DNA of 64,000 nucleotides, taken from NCBI GenBank assembly GCA_030141605.1, contig JAQGDQ010001041.1, positions 4,241 through 68,240 on the forward strand. Direction: 5' to 3'. Both the position numbers and the translations under genes were made by a program. Position 1 is the stretch's first letter. Each line of letters opens with the position of its first letter. Below are positions 39,882-53,688 of the stretch, in pieces. Origin of the DNA: Tubiluchus corallicola. Lineage: Eukaryota > Animalia > Priapulida. The notes beneath the pieces are model-generated. The model saw only the letters and a list, made by a program, of their open reading frames with translations. It searched no databases and was not told the DNA's origin.

Positions 39882-40271
39882 TTAAAGGAAAGATCAAGCC
39901 TTCTAGGCGGTTAGGCTTATTTCACCGTTCGCGAAAAATGTTAGAAGGATTTAGTAATAAAGGTGCAATAAGCGCCTCGTGTAATTAGTAAAATCATTTT
40001 AAAGTCGCGATCACTTCATGCTTGGGCGCTCCCATTTTCAATGCCCATTTTTCTTCCAATGACGTCATTCGTCTTGAAGAAAAGTAGTGCACTGTCAGTC
40101 TTCACAAAAATAGTACAATAAGTTTTTACAAAAAAATGGATGGCTAATTTTGTAACATTTTTGCGTGAACATGAAGTAAAGTTGCATTAGTTTAAGCAGC
40201 GCTTCCAATTAACTTTAAATGATAACAGTAAAATAAACCCAACATACTGAGTGACCTGCTCTTTCCTTTAA
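39882..40271. mobile_element. Kolobok/T2-like MITE, family C
   Basis: TTAA|AGGAAAGATCAAGCC ... GACCTGCTCTTTCCT|TTAA (12/15 TIR match). Confidence 0.7.
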
Positions 40272-40885
40272 AGGAATGCAGGACTCCATCATCTTAAACT
40301 ATAGTTCAAAACACTCTGCAATTTAAAATATTGAAAGGAAACATACTATTTCTTCAAGAACGACTTACGTGAAAGAGTTATTATTATTACAGGAACGTAA
40401 TTTCGCGTTTGCGCTGCTAATTCTTTGCTGCATGTTTAGACGGGTACTAGCGCCTACATCTCGGAAACACTTTGCCGAAAAAAACAAGTGCTGTACCTCT
40501 CAGTTCATAGGTGTTCGTTTGTGACATAGTGCACACATTCGACAGCTAATATGTGAGCATAGCGGTAGGCTTCAAATTACAGTTTTAAACTTAAAATTTG
40601 CCGAGTTTTAGTAGAACATACTGAACCTCTTACAGTAGCACTGTAGGCCTTACTTCAATTTTCGCTTTTGCAAACACGTGCAACACGCTCGTGGAATGTT
40701 TGTGCTGTTGAAAATTATGTTCAGTTGTGATATCATCACGAGCTGAGCTCGCTCGCCATTATTAGGGTTTTAACGTATTATTCAATTATCAGAAGCGCTT
40801 TGGTGTTATTACAGGTGTTAAAATGTACACTTTTACAGTACTTCAAAACGGGGTAGTATATGAAAAATCACCCACTTTCCTTTAA
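40268..40885 (+). mobile_element. Kolobok/T2-like MITE, family B copy 4
   Basis: TTAA|AGGAATGCAGGA ... CACTTTCCT|TTAA. Shares its left TTAA with the family C element. Confidence 0.85.
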
Positions 40886-43254
40886 TAAACCAACTGAACT
40901 CATTAAGTCACCACAAACAAATACGTATAACGTTTGTATACACTGTCTAACACTGGACATTATAGTCATATAAATGCACAAAGCAATACTAAATTAGAAC
41001 GACTGAAAAACTAAATCATATGGACTCGAACCCAAGATCTTCAGCTAGTATGAAGTACTGGGCTAGAATTACTACAGGACAGAGTGTTTCCATTAATTTT
41101 GTCGTTTTCCAGTGCTTGTAAATAACAACAACTGAAGATTCAACCTGTTGATAAATTTATTCCTGCAATAAAATCAATTTTCACAGGATTCTCAAGCGTT
41201 TTAAGTGTCTAATCTTAACCAGCGAGTCAACATACAAACCACAATTGCTTGATATTTGACAGATAGAATCATAAACGAGTCCTATGCATTAATAATACCA
41301 AGCAAATTTAGCATGTCCAATAACAATCATCAGCGAGAACGGTATGAGCGTTTGCTTATATAATCACTCAGTGAACTGAAGCCCATTGCAAATACGCGAA
41401 AATACTTGATCTTCTAATGATCCACGTTTATCTCCTGTAGTAATTGTGCAATCATTGCTGTCGTAAATCATTTCTGGAGCAAGAAAAAACTTAGACTTAT
41501 CTAAACACTCTTGTATAATAGTTTACTAACTAGAGTGCTCAAATGGGAAGCCAGCAAGTCCTACGCACGCGCAAAACTTGTTGCTATTATCGTTTTGGAC
41601 ATTTGGAGATGGAAATTTGAGCAGTAATTTAAAGTCAAGCTACATCCTCACTATAATATACGTTTTTAAAACATAAGCATTTACAATACAAGACGTTAAA
41701 ATCATACACTCATTACAAATATTCAATTTACCTTATTATAAACTTACTGTAAAACTGGTTTCTTTTGATTTTATCACTTCATTGTTCACGATATTAAATT
41801 TGAAGAACCGCCATTTTTCCTTGCGCGAGGCGAATGACGTAATGAGTACAGTCACGAGGTCACCAAAGATCGGTAAACAATCATCGGTAACCATTGTACC
41901 GCTTTTTGTACCGCGTACGTCATTCTCGCTCACTCGCGCTAAAGACGTGAAACATGGCGATCATTACGGCAATGCACGCACTCGAAATTCGCCAGAAAAA
42001 GGTAAACTCTTTAATTTATAAATCTCTTTTGTTTAATAATAATTATGAATTCTCTGTGTAATCATAATAATGCGTTAAAGAACAGTGTCTGTTGGGGTTA
42101 CATAAGCCCTTTATATTGTCACATTTTAAGCAATTCTAGTACAGCAGTGGTACTTGGACGACTGTGATTATTCTGATTCATTCTTAACTTTAATACTTAA
42201 AGATTTCATTAGGAATCACAGATTAACACCTACAATGAATTTCACAATAAACTGTCCAGTTCCCTGAGATTGTTCAAAGACAAGAAAATTCGTCTTGAAA
42301 TTTTATTCGTCTGAAAAATTCGTCATTGCATACAGGGATCGTGTTAGCAGTAACACTATATAAAACTTGTAAATTTAAATTTCTGCGATGACTGTTACAT
42401 TTAGACGTTTGACTGTTACAGCAAGACGTTTGAAACAAATTTAGATAACATTGATTAAAATTCGAAAAAATGATCAGAAAATTTTGGCCAGTTATAAAAC
42501 TATCACACTGCGACAAAACTTTTCCACCTATTGAAGAAGATCAACAGTTTTTCTTTAAACTGGAACTATTTTTGGTGGCCAGTACATTTGGAGTAACAGA
42601 TACAGGATACTATAGGTGACCTACATAAGGTATAATCCAATAAAAGAAAAAAAACCAAAAACAACAAGAAACCACTCCGATTCTTCTTTCTAATTTTATA
42701 AGGAGAGAAAATATAATGGCAGTAGAGATGGTCTCCATACCGTCATGTATTATTTATTCATTCATTTTGTGTGTGAAGCTGTGCGTGTGCGTGTGCGTGC
42801 GTGCATACATGATTTAATTATACAATTATACAGTGTTATAATTACGTGAATATACATGTACCATGTAAACAGAGTGATGACATATTTGGGCACACAAACT
42901 AGTTATTATCAATCATTTTGTACATGGAATTAGTTAACACATGCATGTGCAGCTAATGAGGAATGATGGTAGTTAATGGAAGAGACAGCGTCATATTCAT
43001 TGAATAATAGGTTCACATTTATTAATTAATAAACAGCATCTGTTGAGTTGATGATTAGTCTAATTAGTTAGAATCACTATAGTGTAAGGGATCTAACAAT
43101 AAACAATAATTGCATTATTGTAATTTCTGTTCAAATACTATTACTCTGTTTCTTGTATGGTACTGTTTTGTATACTAACTATTATTGATGTATTGTATTA
43201 TATTGTATTGTATACTAGCTGTTGTTATATGACCAGTGCTTGCAATAAAACCTT

Positions 43255-43430
43255 TGCTACTGCTACCGACACTGCCACCAACACCACTATCACTACCACC
43301 ACCACTACTATTGCCACTACAACAACAAGAACTACTGCTACTGCTGCTACCACCACCACCACCGCCACCAACACCACTATCACTACCACCACCACTACTG
43401 TTGCCACTACAACAACAACTACTACTATCA
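43255..43430. repeat. (ACT/ACC/ACA)n degenerate trinucleotide repeat with an internal duplication
   Basis: Direct reading. Confidence 0.9.
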
Positions 43431-44184
43431 GTACATTGGAAATGCTGAATTCGGTCGTCCGGCTACAAAGCATGAACTTTGGATTGCCTTGACCACTGAG
43501 AAATAGTGCCTAGTGGTCAACACATTTGTGTTGTAAGCAAAAGGCAAACGCTTGGTTCAAGTCACATTTCCCATCTTTCAAGTTCTTAATTTGGTTATCA
43601 AAATTTAATTAATTGAGAGTTTGTACCATCATTCATACATATTAAAGTACTGATAGGCTGCACTGATAACTATGCACTTTACGACAGAATAATGTTGCTT
43701 TACTTACAGAATTACTTCCACCTTGCATATTTCAAATTACTCAAAATTACTAGTATAGTAGTATTCAAATGCACATTGTGGTGGTACATTCTTAAAGCAC
43801 AAGAAAACACTCTTCACAAAGAATGTTTTTGAAAAATTCACTTTGAAGTTTTAGATCACTTACATGCTGTCTTATTGCATACAGAGCTTACCAGTAACGC
43901 TGTACAAAACTTGTAAATTTGAACTCCCGCGATGAGCATTAAGGCCTAGCCTCAGCCATTTTAACAGTAAGTCGTATAAAACAACTTTAGATAACATTGC
44001 CTAAAGCTTGAAAAAATAATCACAGCACCGTACATACTGTTAGTTAACTAAGCAATCAATAATTGGTGAATTGACCGTTTTACCAGTTAGCGTGAATATG
44101 TTTTAAATTAATAATTTCTTTACTAATTACATAAGTCTTTCAAACAGGTAATGGTAATTAATATAATTTTGTATAGAAGTTCTT

Positions 44185-44475
44185 TTGTCTTTTCTTGAGG
44201 GTAATTGTCTTTTCTGGGGGGTAATTGTCTTTTCTTGGGGGTAATTGTCTTCTCTTGGGGGTAACTGTCTTCTCTTGGGGGTAACTGTCTCCTCTTGGGG
44301 GTAATTGTCTCCTCTTGGGGGGAATTGTCTCCTTTTGGTCGGAATTGTCTTTTCTTGGGGGTAATTGTCTTTTCTTGGGGGTAATTGTCTTTTCTTGGGG
44401 GTAATTGTCTCCTCTTGGGGGTAATTGTCTTTTCTTGGGGGTAATTGTCTTCTCTTGGGGGTAATTGTCTCTTGT
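44185..44475. repeat. 20-bp minisatellite (GTAATTGTCTTTTCTTGGGG), about 14 copies
   Basis: Exact 20-bp register. Confidence 0.95.
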
Positions 44476-44937
44476 TCTACGTATCTCTTTCTTCCATGGA
44501 CTTTCTGCAGTCGAAAATGAACAACAAGAAACACAACAGCATTTGCCAAGAATAATAAACAGGGCGAAAATAAATGAAATGAAAACCTCCTCGCGATGAT
44601 TTCACGGCTCGCTGCCAGAGGGCAGAACCATCGGTAGAAGAGCATGAATTCTTGAGCGTGTGAAGCACTGCACATGGTGTTCAGTAAAACGAAAACGCAA
44701 TAACTACAAACCTTTTATTGATTGCTACATATATGCTTACTAGATATTTTTGTATATAAACCTGGATTTAAGCAAATATCAAAAAATGAAAAAAAAACGG
44801 ATTAAGCTAATATAGAAGACGAAAAAAACTGAATGAAAAGTTTTTCTACAGTGAAGAAAAAATGAAAATTTTCCATCTACTGACGAAAAAGACTTTATAA
44901 AACTGTAGGAGTGATTGTCACAACGTACCACAACGTA

Positions 44938-45396
44938 CGTGTACTTCACTGTACGGTTCACGTTACGTCAGTCTAACGTGTACTTCGCTGGTACAGTTCA
45001 CGTTACGTCAGTCTAACGTGTACTTCGCTGGTACGGTTCACGTTACGTCAGTCTAACGTGTACTTCGCTGGTACAGTTCACGTTACGTCAGTCTAACGTG
45101 TACTTCGCTGGTACAGTTCACGTTACGTCAGTCTAACGTGTACTTCGCTGGTACGGTTCACGTTACGTGAGTCTAACGTGTACTTCGCTGGTACAGTTCA
45201 CGTTACGTCAGTCTAATGTGTACTTCGCTGGTACGGTTCACGTTACGTCAGTCTAACATGTACTTCGCTGGTACAGTTCACGTTACGTCAGTCTAACGTG
45301 TACTTCGCTGGTAGAGTGCACGTTACTTTAGTCTAACGTGTAGTTCGCTGGTACAGTTCACGTTACTTTAGTCTAAAGTGTACTTCGCTGGGACAG
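44938..45396. repeat. 40-bp CpG-rich minisatellite, about 11 copies
   Basis: CGTTACGTCAGTCTAACGTGTACTTCGCTGGTACRGTTCA units. Confidence 0.97.
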
Positions 45397-47263
45397 AGTA
45401 AATTTTTCAAGTCTTCTTTCTTGAATTAAATATGCTTATATCATCAGATTCTCATATGTCCATTATCAGGACCTGAGGGTTTCTTTCAATAATGGCGTTC
45501 TACAATAAGTGGGGAAAATATATGATAATGAAGCTAGAGGTGGCGTAACTCCGTTAGCTCTCCACTGCAACTTGCACTTCCCATTACAAGTAAAAACAGA
45601 GTTAAAACCAGTAAAAAAAACTACGCGAAATAAGTTTAACATTTTTACTGCTATGCTAGTGGCGTGTCAGCACCACTTCCGACAAAATATGCTTTGCCAG
45701 CATCAAAAGTGTCCTTTCAAGAATGTAATAAATATATCATTGACACAATGTACATTGTACAAGCATTCGTTTTCTGCATTAATTACTTTCACAGTGTTTA
45801 TGAAACAAATAAAATAAAATCAATAATATAAAAGATGCAAAAAATACTTTATGAAGTAGGTAGTAGTTTCAGTTTTACACTAAAACAAAAAGAAAACCCC
45901 CTAACTAAGATTTTTTTTAACACTTTTAACTTTTCTTGGTGGTTTATATAAGAGCAAGTCTGGTGTGAAAGTGTCATTCCCTAAGAAAATCAAAAACTTC
46001 ATTTCGGGCGTTTCACTCGTTAGATGACGCCAGAAGCTCTTTAGTCCTTAGTTACAGCAGCATTTGAGTTTGTTTATCACTTGTCACATTTCGCTGTGTA
46101 GCATTGCTTACAGTTTCAAAGAATCCAAGGACGCGGTATCGAAGGAAGCCGTTGCTAGGACATTTGTTTAGCCTGTGATTTTCCGAAGTTTTGCGAGCAA
46201 AACCGAAACAATGTTATGGGGGGGGGGGGGAGAAACTTCGAGCCCCGATTTCATTAGGAGGGAAACCACGAAATTTAACAAAATTAGTGTCAATTTTTGA
46301 AGTTACGGTTAGCTCTTTTAATTAAAGGAAACTTGTTTCACGTTAAATTTGACCTCTAAATAGCACACTGATTACTAGCCAGATGAATGTATTCAGTGTA
46401 CACATGTACCAATCCATTGTTATCAACAACCTAAATTCAACAACCTAAAACTAACAGCTTTTCAACCCTTTCCATACGGCACAACAATTAGCATTCTGTT
46501 TCATCGTTTCCAGTCGAATGGCATTGCTACGTGCGTCACAAACGTTTATTAAGCTGAAAGTGCGTCTACCACGCAAGAGAATTATTACTACTCTCTGCTG
46601 GAGGAATACTAATACTGCAAGTGTTTAACGTCATAATACGTTCTCTTCCTATGAGACATCAATAGCAGAACTTAATTAACTCACGGGAGGCCAAGCTATG
46701 CGGTGTGGTTATATCACCCGGTAATGCTAAATTAATATTTTAACAACAAACCACCACCAGGGCATCGGCTACGTAGTGTCCAAGGCGTGAATTATTTATA
46801 CAGACAGTACCGAGTGGTAATATATTTAATGTTCAAAGATAAGACGATGCATTATGGATGGAGTATTACAGCAACTCGCGGGTCAACACACATCTCCGCA
46901 AAACATTCTTCCAAGAGTTAAATGCCACGATGGGGCGAGTCCACGATACCGGGGAATCTTGTCCTTTAAGACATTTAGACAGTTTGCAACTCTTGCTAAT
47001 CTGGATACGGTCTCAATAAGCTCAACGGACAACAAAGATTTCCTCTTCAGTCAATACAAAACCAGTTTTCCAAGCAAGCAGCTGCTAAAACTTAATCCAA
47101 AACCTCTTTGTGTTATTAGTTTTTTTTCCTATCCATTTGTAGGATAATCCAATAGAGGACAGAAGGAAGCCATAGAGGATGATGTAAATGTGGGGATTAT
47201 TCCAGATTAAAGATGCTGGAATAACGTCTAGTATGAAAACTGAGTTACCCAAAATGAGTGCGT

Positions 47264-47707
47264 TAGGAAGGAGATTACAATTCCCCACACAGTTTAAATA
47301 CCCGAAGCCAAACCCTAATCCTCACCCTACCCTAACCCAAATCCTAACCCGAACGAACTAATTTCTTGTGTGTGGGGAATTGTAAACTTTAGCCAAATAG
47401 AAACCCTAATCCTCACCCTAATCCTAACCCTAACCTGTTTCACGAATATATTTCTTGTGTGAGGAATTGTAAACTTTAGCCAAATATGAACCCTAATCCT
47501 CACCCTACCCTAACCCTAATCCTAACCCTAACCTGCTTCACGAACTAATTTCTTGTGTGAGGAATTGTAAACTTTAGCCAAATATGAACCATAATCCTCA
47601 CCCTACCCTAACCCTAATCCTAACTCTAATCCGCTTCACGAACTAATTTCTTGTGTGTGAGGAATTGTAAACTTTAGCTAAATAGAAACCGTAATCCTCA
47701 CCCTAGC
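47264..47707. repeat. CCCTAA-core element with its end tandemly amplified (about 90-100-bp units, 4-5 copies)
   Basis: The first unit is the reverse complement of 10379-10515. GGAATTGTAAACTTTAGC recurs 4 times. Confidence 0.88.
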
Positions 47708-48715
47708 CCGCAGAACGTTCGAGGATTCGAGGCCCAGTCGAAGTCTCTTTAGTTTGGCATTGCTTTCGTGCGTTCACATGATTGCTAATGTGAAGCTAGT
47801 ACTTATTACTAGAGCGAGGGTGTTCTAAAAATGTTACCTAAACCGAATAAACTGATTTAGAATTCTAGAGATGATACTAACTATTCACTTATTTTATGTG
47901 TCAAGCAAGTCCAGTTTTTGACTGCAGGTCAACAGCAACCTTTTACTTGTAATTACAGAAGCCGGAAATACAAATAAACAGGACAACTCAGATTATTTAA
48001 CAATTCGCTATTCTTTAGGCACTTATTTTGGTCAAACCAATTATCATTTTTGGAAATTAATTACAGTAGTCTTAGTGTAACCTGCAGGAAGAAACCTACA
48101 GATTAATTCAGCGCCATGCAATAAATACTTGTGTCTCCTCCTATTGCTATATGGAGAACAAACAGTGGCCAACAACTCACATCGGACCATGGTACCAGTG
48201 AAGTATTTGTACAAATAACTGTAAGATCCATAAAATTGTTTTCTCAAGACATTTGACCTGAATTTCTTAAGTGATCCAGGAGTAAATTACATGATAAAAT
48301 TTTTCATGTCAAATTTATCCATGACAAACCTTGTATGGGATTGAAGTCTGTTGATTTATTACTACCCACAGGCCTATTTCATTATATCTATCACAAATTA
48401 TCATCAAACTGCTGTTAGCATAAAATATGCTATTATAATAAGGAACTTTCATAAGTGTGCTATACTCCTCGGAACAGGAAAAACAACCACTACACTCATC
48501 TGTCCTTTTTTACTAACGTGCTGACTATATGCTTTAAATATTTACAAAATTTTAGTCATAAACTGATATAATTATCTTCTTAAACATCCCCACATTGCTC
48601 TCTGGGTGGCCCCTATAAGCTGCAGCTTCCTTGGTCTCCCTAAACATACATAATGTAATGTTGTTGTTTATGTTAGTAAGTTGACAAACGCACGTATTTT
48701 TGGCAATAGTTATGT

Positions 48716-48958
48716 CATGTAGCATATTCTGAAATCTGTTGTAAATGTGAATGCGACTGTATGTTATCCCATGTAGCATATTCTGAAATCTGTTGTAAAT
48801 GTGAATGCGACTGTATGTCCATACTGTACATTACCATTTGAAAAAAATCACCACACGCCTGTATATTCTATACTGTATAGACCTGTGTTCTCATTTTCGT
48901 ACATACTTTCGCCTGTATACTCTATACTCTATAGACCTGTGTTCTCATTTTCGTACAA
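48716..48958. repeat. Two adjacent tandem duplications of about 54 bp
   Basis: CATGTAGCATATTCTGAAATCTGTTG... x2 and CGCCTGTATA...CATTTTCGTACA x2. Confidence 0.85.
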
Positions 48959-49932
48959 ACCTTGTCACAGTGTACATGTAGTTCTGGTTTTCGAATTATA
49001 TCTTACTGACAAATGTGATGTTTAAATAAGGCCACTAAAGTCGTAAGTGGCCATAAATAACTCTACTTTTAGTACTAATTTTCATGTAGTGACGATGTTA
49101 ATTTCATATGCGATCTATTGCTAATATTTTGTAAACCAGCAATAGTATATTTTCCCTTTAACTTTAATTTTAAATGCGAAATGGTAAATCTGTCTACAGT
49201 CGTTTTTCTCAACTCATTTGTTTACTTGTTAATAACTACTGTTTGTTAATTATGATTTTTTTCGCTAAATTTTTGCAATTACTTTTTTCTTCTTGTTTTT
49301 CGATTTTCTTGTACTTTATAAATTTCAGGCTTATCGCACCAGATTAAAGCCGTACCGTCGTTTTTGTTATTATTGGTTTGGGCGCATTCACAGTAAAACT
49401 GTAGTTATGTTAATTCAAATAAATTGAAATTGAAATTAAATTAAAAGGTGCTTTACCAATTGCTGTGCTGTACTTAGTCACATGCAAAAAGCAGTAGTGC
49501 TGTAATTTATATTCTGGTGAATGGAGTATATAAATTTCTTATGAACCCAATAATTGCGAAGTATCATAAACCACTTGCTTTGGAAAGTAATTATGAAGAG
49601 GAATCACCCCCCCCTCCCCGTGGCAATTCAACCACCAAGCTAAAAGACCGCGCAAAGTCATCTACATCCTCAGGGAAACAAAAATGACCACTTTCTTCCA
49701 CCATTTCTTTTCAGGCATTCGCAAAATAAGCTCACTTCTTCTGGAGTGTAGACCATTTCCCCTTGAAGCCTACCAAAGAGCAAGGTTTCTGAACAAACTT
49801 AATGAAGCCATGGAGAGCAAACAGTTCTCTTAATACAAAAGAATAAAACAAGCCTTGATGTAAACAAAGTTGATGCAAATAAAACCAGACCAAAACAGTT
49901 TCGATTGAAAAGCGTGTAGGGTCACGCCGTGT

Positions 49933-49980
49933 GTTGAGCAAACAAGGCTAGTCAGTAAACGGATGGGAGACCACCTGGGG
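49933..49980 (+). mobile_element. 5S rRNA-derived fragment (SINE3-like or pseudogene)
   Basis: GTTGAGCA...GGCTAGTCAGTAAACGGATGGGAGACCACCTGGG resembles the 3' half of 5S rRNA. Confidence 0.5.
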
Positions 49981-50658
49981 TTCAATACTCTCTCTAGGCA
50001 ATTTCATTCAGCAAACCGATCCTGGTTTTTACTTCCCGGAGTGCCAATATCCAAACATCTTAGAGTTGCCGAGGTATCTCTCATGGTGCAGTAGCTCATC
50101 TTAGACGACTAGTCGTGTTAAAGAGTGAGATACACGGCCTTCTAGAATCATTCAAATTTAGGTGGTTTTTCACTGAGTTGTCCAGTTCATAGTTACCTTT
50201 GTTTGAAAATGTCGAACTGAGTTAAAAATACATTCCAGTTTCATACGAACCCCAAAACAAATCTGCATGGAAAAGCCACTTCCACGTGTAGCTGAAATAC
50301 CACTTCCGGTTCTGTTGATCAAAAATCCATTTCCTCCTGAACCTGGCGAGAAACACGGTTGCCAATAGTGCTAACTGATAAGACCATTAAACAACTTTGC
50401 CAATAAAAGTGGTCGTTTCTGGTAAATCCAACAAATGATACAACGTTTCCCTGGAGGTACACCAACAGAGAACATTTCTAATTAAAGCTAAGGCCAAAAA
50501 CATCAGGTTTTAGTCGAAACCATTTATCCTACGCACTACATCTGCTCTCGTACAGACCATTTATTTACCTCCAACCGTATCGATTCCCACTAATATCAGT
50601 CTGTAGTACAAGAGAACGATTTCTTAAGAGGCTAATCAGCCTGCCAGAGTTCAAGTAT

Positions 50659-50803
50659 GTAACAACTGATCATGTCACAATGATTATAGAGACAAGGCAC
50701 TCCTCTGCGTGCGCCCTCTGTGTGTAGCAGACGTAACAACTGATCATGTCATAATGATTATAGAGACAAGGCACTCCTCTGCGTGCGCCCTCTGTGTGTA
50801 ACA
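50659..50803. repeat. About 74-bp tandem duplication
   Basis: GTAACAACTGATCATGTCA...GCGCCCTCTGTGTGTA x2. Confidence 0.9.
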
Positions 50804-51106
50804 GAGAAAAATAAGATGAATAGTGAGGCAGTGAACGTCAAGCTACCAGATTGTCCAGGACTAGGGCGTTCAGGCTCCTCAAATAGTTGCAAAACGGGAG
50901 CATGCTAACAGCGAGTCCAATAACGCTAGTCAATAGTACTGTTCACACTATGGAGAAGATACAGGACGCGTCTTGAATCTTCTTAATCTATTTCAGACAT
51001 TTAATAGCTTTGCCTACTTGTACTCATTTTTACGGTTTTGATATGTGGCTTTTTTTCCTCTCTGTCATTAAAAACACAAATACACACCCAACGAAAAGTG
51101 TTTGAT

Positions 51107-51180
51107 CAGGGCGGATCCAGCAAGCTAAAAGATACGCCCTGTTTACATTAAAAATAATACGGGTCCTGGATACGCGCATG
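51107..51180. mobile_element. Minimal hAT-like MITE remnant
   Basis: CAGGGCGGATCCAG ... CTGGATACGCGCATG inverted termini. Confidence 0.4.
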
Positions 51181-51834
51181 TTCTATGATCACATAAAGGA
51201 GGTAGGCGCCAATAATCACTACCTACAATCGTCTTTCAGGCTGTCTGACTATTTACACTAGGTGCGAATCTAAAAATTACACTGAGGGTGGAATATTTTC
51301 TGTCTAGTGTACAAGGAGTGACTCCGTCAAACCTGTCTAGAAAATGGTACATAAATATGCACACGAAAGTGACCCTGCCCATCAAATATGGCAATCAATT
51401 TTCACACCGGAATACTCACTCGCAATATTCTAAACTCATAAAAACTCGCAAGCAACAATAAAAGCACCAAAGATGCTCATATACGAAGCCACATTATCAC
51501 TTATCGCTGCAGGAGTGAAGCCAGTATTCAGATATGGCAAAATAAAAGTGCTCGTAAACGAAAATGCAAGCGTCACGTAGAGAAAACAACGGCATAGATT
51601 ATATTGTATCGCAACTTTGCTATGAATTTAGTACCCCACAGTGCTTAACTTGACATAGCACCTCGTAAAAAAGACACAGGTAATAAATAATAAAGTAGAA
51701 CAACACACACGTTGTTGGTAAGACTACGAACGGGGATTTTGACGTCAGTGATGCATACACTTGTTGCCAGTACAGTACACTGTAATACCAGCATCTGCTG
51801 CTGCTTAATGTATTGCGAAGATGATGTTGCTGGT

Positions 51835-52316
51835 GCCAATACTGCTACCGCCATCATCACCATAACTGCCACCACCATTATTATCATTTACACTGCGACC
51901 ATCACTGCTGTCATCATTGACACCACCACTGCCGTCGCCACAACTACAACCACCACTACCACTACCATCACCAACAAAAACACCATCAACACTAGTACCA
52001 CTGCCATCGCCACCACCACAACCTCCACCATCACCAACACGAACACCACCACCACCACAGTCACCACAACCACCACCATCAATACAATCACCACTATCGT
52101 CGCTATCATCACCACAATCACTACCACTGCCACTGCCACTGCCACCGTCATCATAACTACCACATCACCACAACCATCACAACCATCACTGTCACCACAT
52201 CAGCAATGGTCACCATCACCATCATTACCCACAACACTACTACCACCACCACAGAAGCCTTTGCAACCACAACCACTGCCTTTGCCACCGCCACCAGCAT
52301 CGTTACCACCACAACA
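51835..52316. repeat. Degenerate (ACC/ATC)n low-complexity tract
   Basis: Direct reading; gives poly-T/P/V ORFs. Confidence 0.9.
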
Positions 52317-53439
52317 CTTTGATTAGTAATTCATTATCTTGAATTGTGTCAAAACGTTAAAACTAAAAAAATCAACACCACAAAGGCAATACATTGCTAC
52401 ATAGAGACTCCAGGAAACTACAATGAACAGAAAATCACACGGCCAAGACCATCACGTATGTTGCCAGCAATGGCTATGAACAGCTAGCAAATCACCAGTA
52501 TAATCAGAATAATGTTATCAGAACAGATGTATTGATCACCCAGCACTTGCTACATCAGTCAAAGTTAGACTAGTTCAGACAATAAAATAACTTAATGGGC
52601 CAACAATCATAACACCAGGACGAAGCCAGTCGTGTAATTGATATTTCACGCCTGAGCGAGTTCGCAAAACTCGCATCAGCTGCCGTGAATCCTACTTAAA
52701 ATACATTAATTCCGTTACGTTTATGCTCACGCTTACGCGGGAATGTAATTCCAGGTAAAGCAAACGCATTCAAACCGAAACCTGATCTAAAAACAAGGCT
52801 TCCCAGTAATGCCCAGGCATAAATTCATCGTCAAAATGTTTTCCATTTCAATTAAATTAGCCAGTGCCGCGTGCAACAAATTTACAGTCCTGTTAAAGCC
52901 ATAGTTACCAATTGAAGCCGTGCGCATAAACAAAGCACAAATTAGCGAAATGCAACATCTGCTAGGCAATTGAAATCGATACTCTTAGCTGTAGTATGCA
53001 CAATGAAACCATAACATGGCTTCTCTTGAAACCAAACACTAATCGATAATAGGATAAAACGATTAGCGAAAATCGCGGTAAGCTTATAGCTGCAGACGTA
53101 AGAAGTTCTTTTTGTGCGACTGGACATTAGTGGTGTTAAAGCTCAACAAGCTTTGCCTCATTTCTACTGCACAAAATTTCCTGGAGGATTGTTGGAAATC
53201 CACTTATAGATGATTCACTTACCAAGGATGAATAATGAAAGTTTGCTTGAAGGCTTAGCTAGCTGGGTGTAAAATGTGTTGTTCAAGGGCAGTTGTTAGG
53301 ACAGTGAAAACTTGGACATTCATTTTGCCCAATTCAGATAATGAAATAGATTGTATAATTGAATAAAACAAATTTATGTTTTTGACTGTATGATTTTTTT
53401 TATAAATATAGGAGTTTTGAAGGTTGCGTATTGCAATAG

Positions 53440-53688
53440 CTACTGCCGCTGCCACTGTCACTATCACTGTCACTGTCGCTGCCGCTGTCACTGTCACTGT
53501 CACTGTCACTGCCACTGCCACTGCCACTGCCACTGTCACTGTCACTGTCACTGTCATTGCCACTGTAACTCCCACTGTCACTGTCACTGCCACTGCCACT
53601 GTCACTGCCACTGCCACTGCCACTGCCACTGCCACTATCACTACCGATACAAGTACCACTGCCACTACAACAATCGCTACAACGACTA
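53440..53688. repeat. (CACTGT/CACTGC)n hexamer microsatellite
   Basis: Direct reading. Confidence 0.95.

Noticed and set aside
44127-44675. 182-aa ORF with PKRRQLPP repeats
   Set aside because: Mostly the 20-bp minisatellite read through; no domain or splice evidence.
47310-47707. True telomere or chromosome-fusion scar
   Set aside because: CCCTAA units are short, degenerate and embedded in a repeated element also present at 10379.
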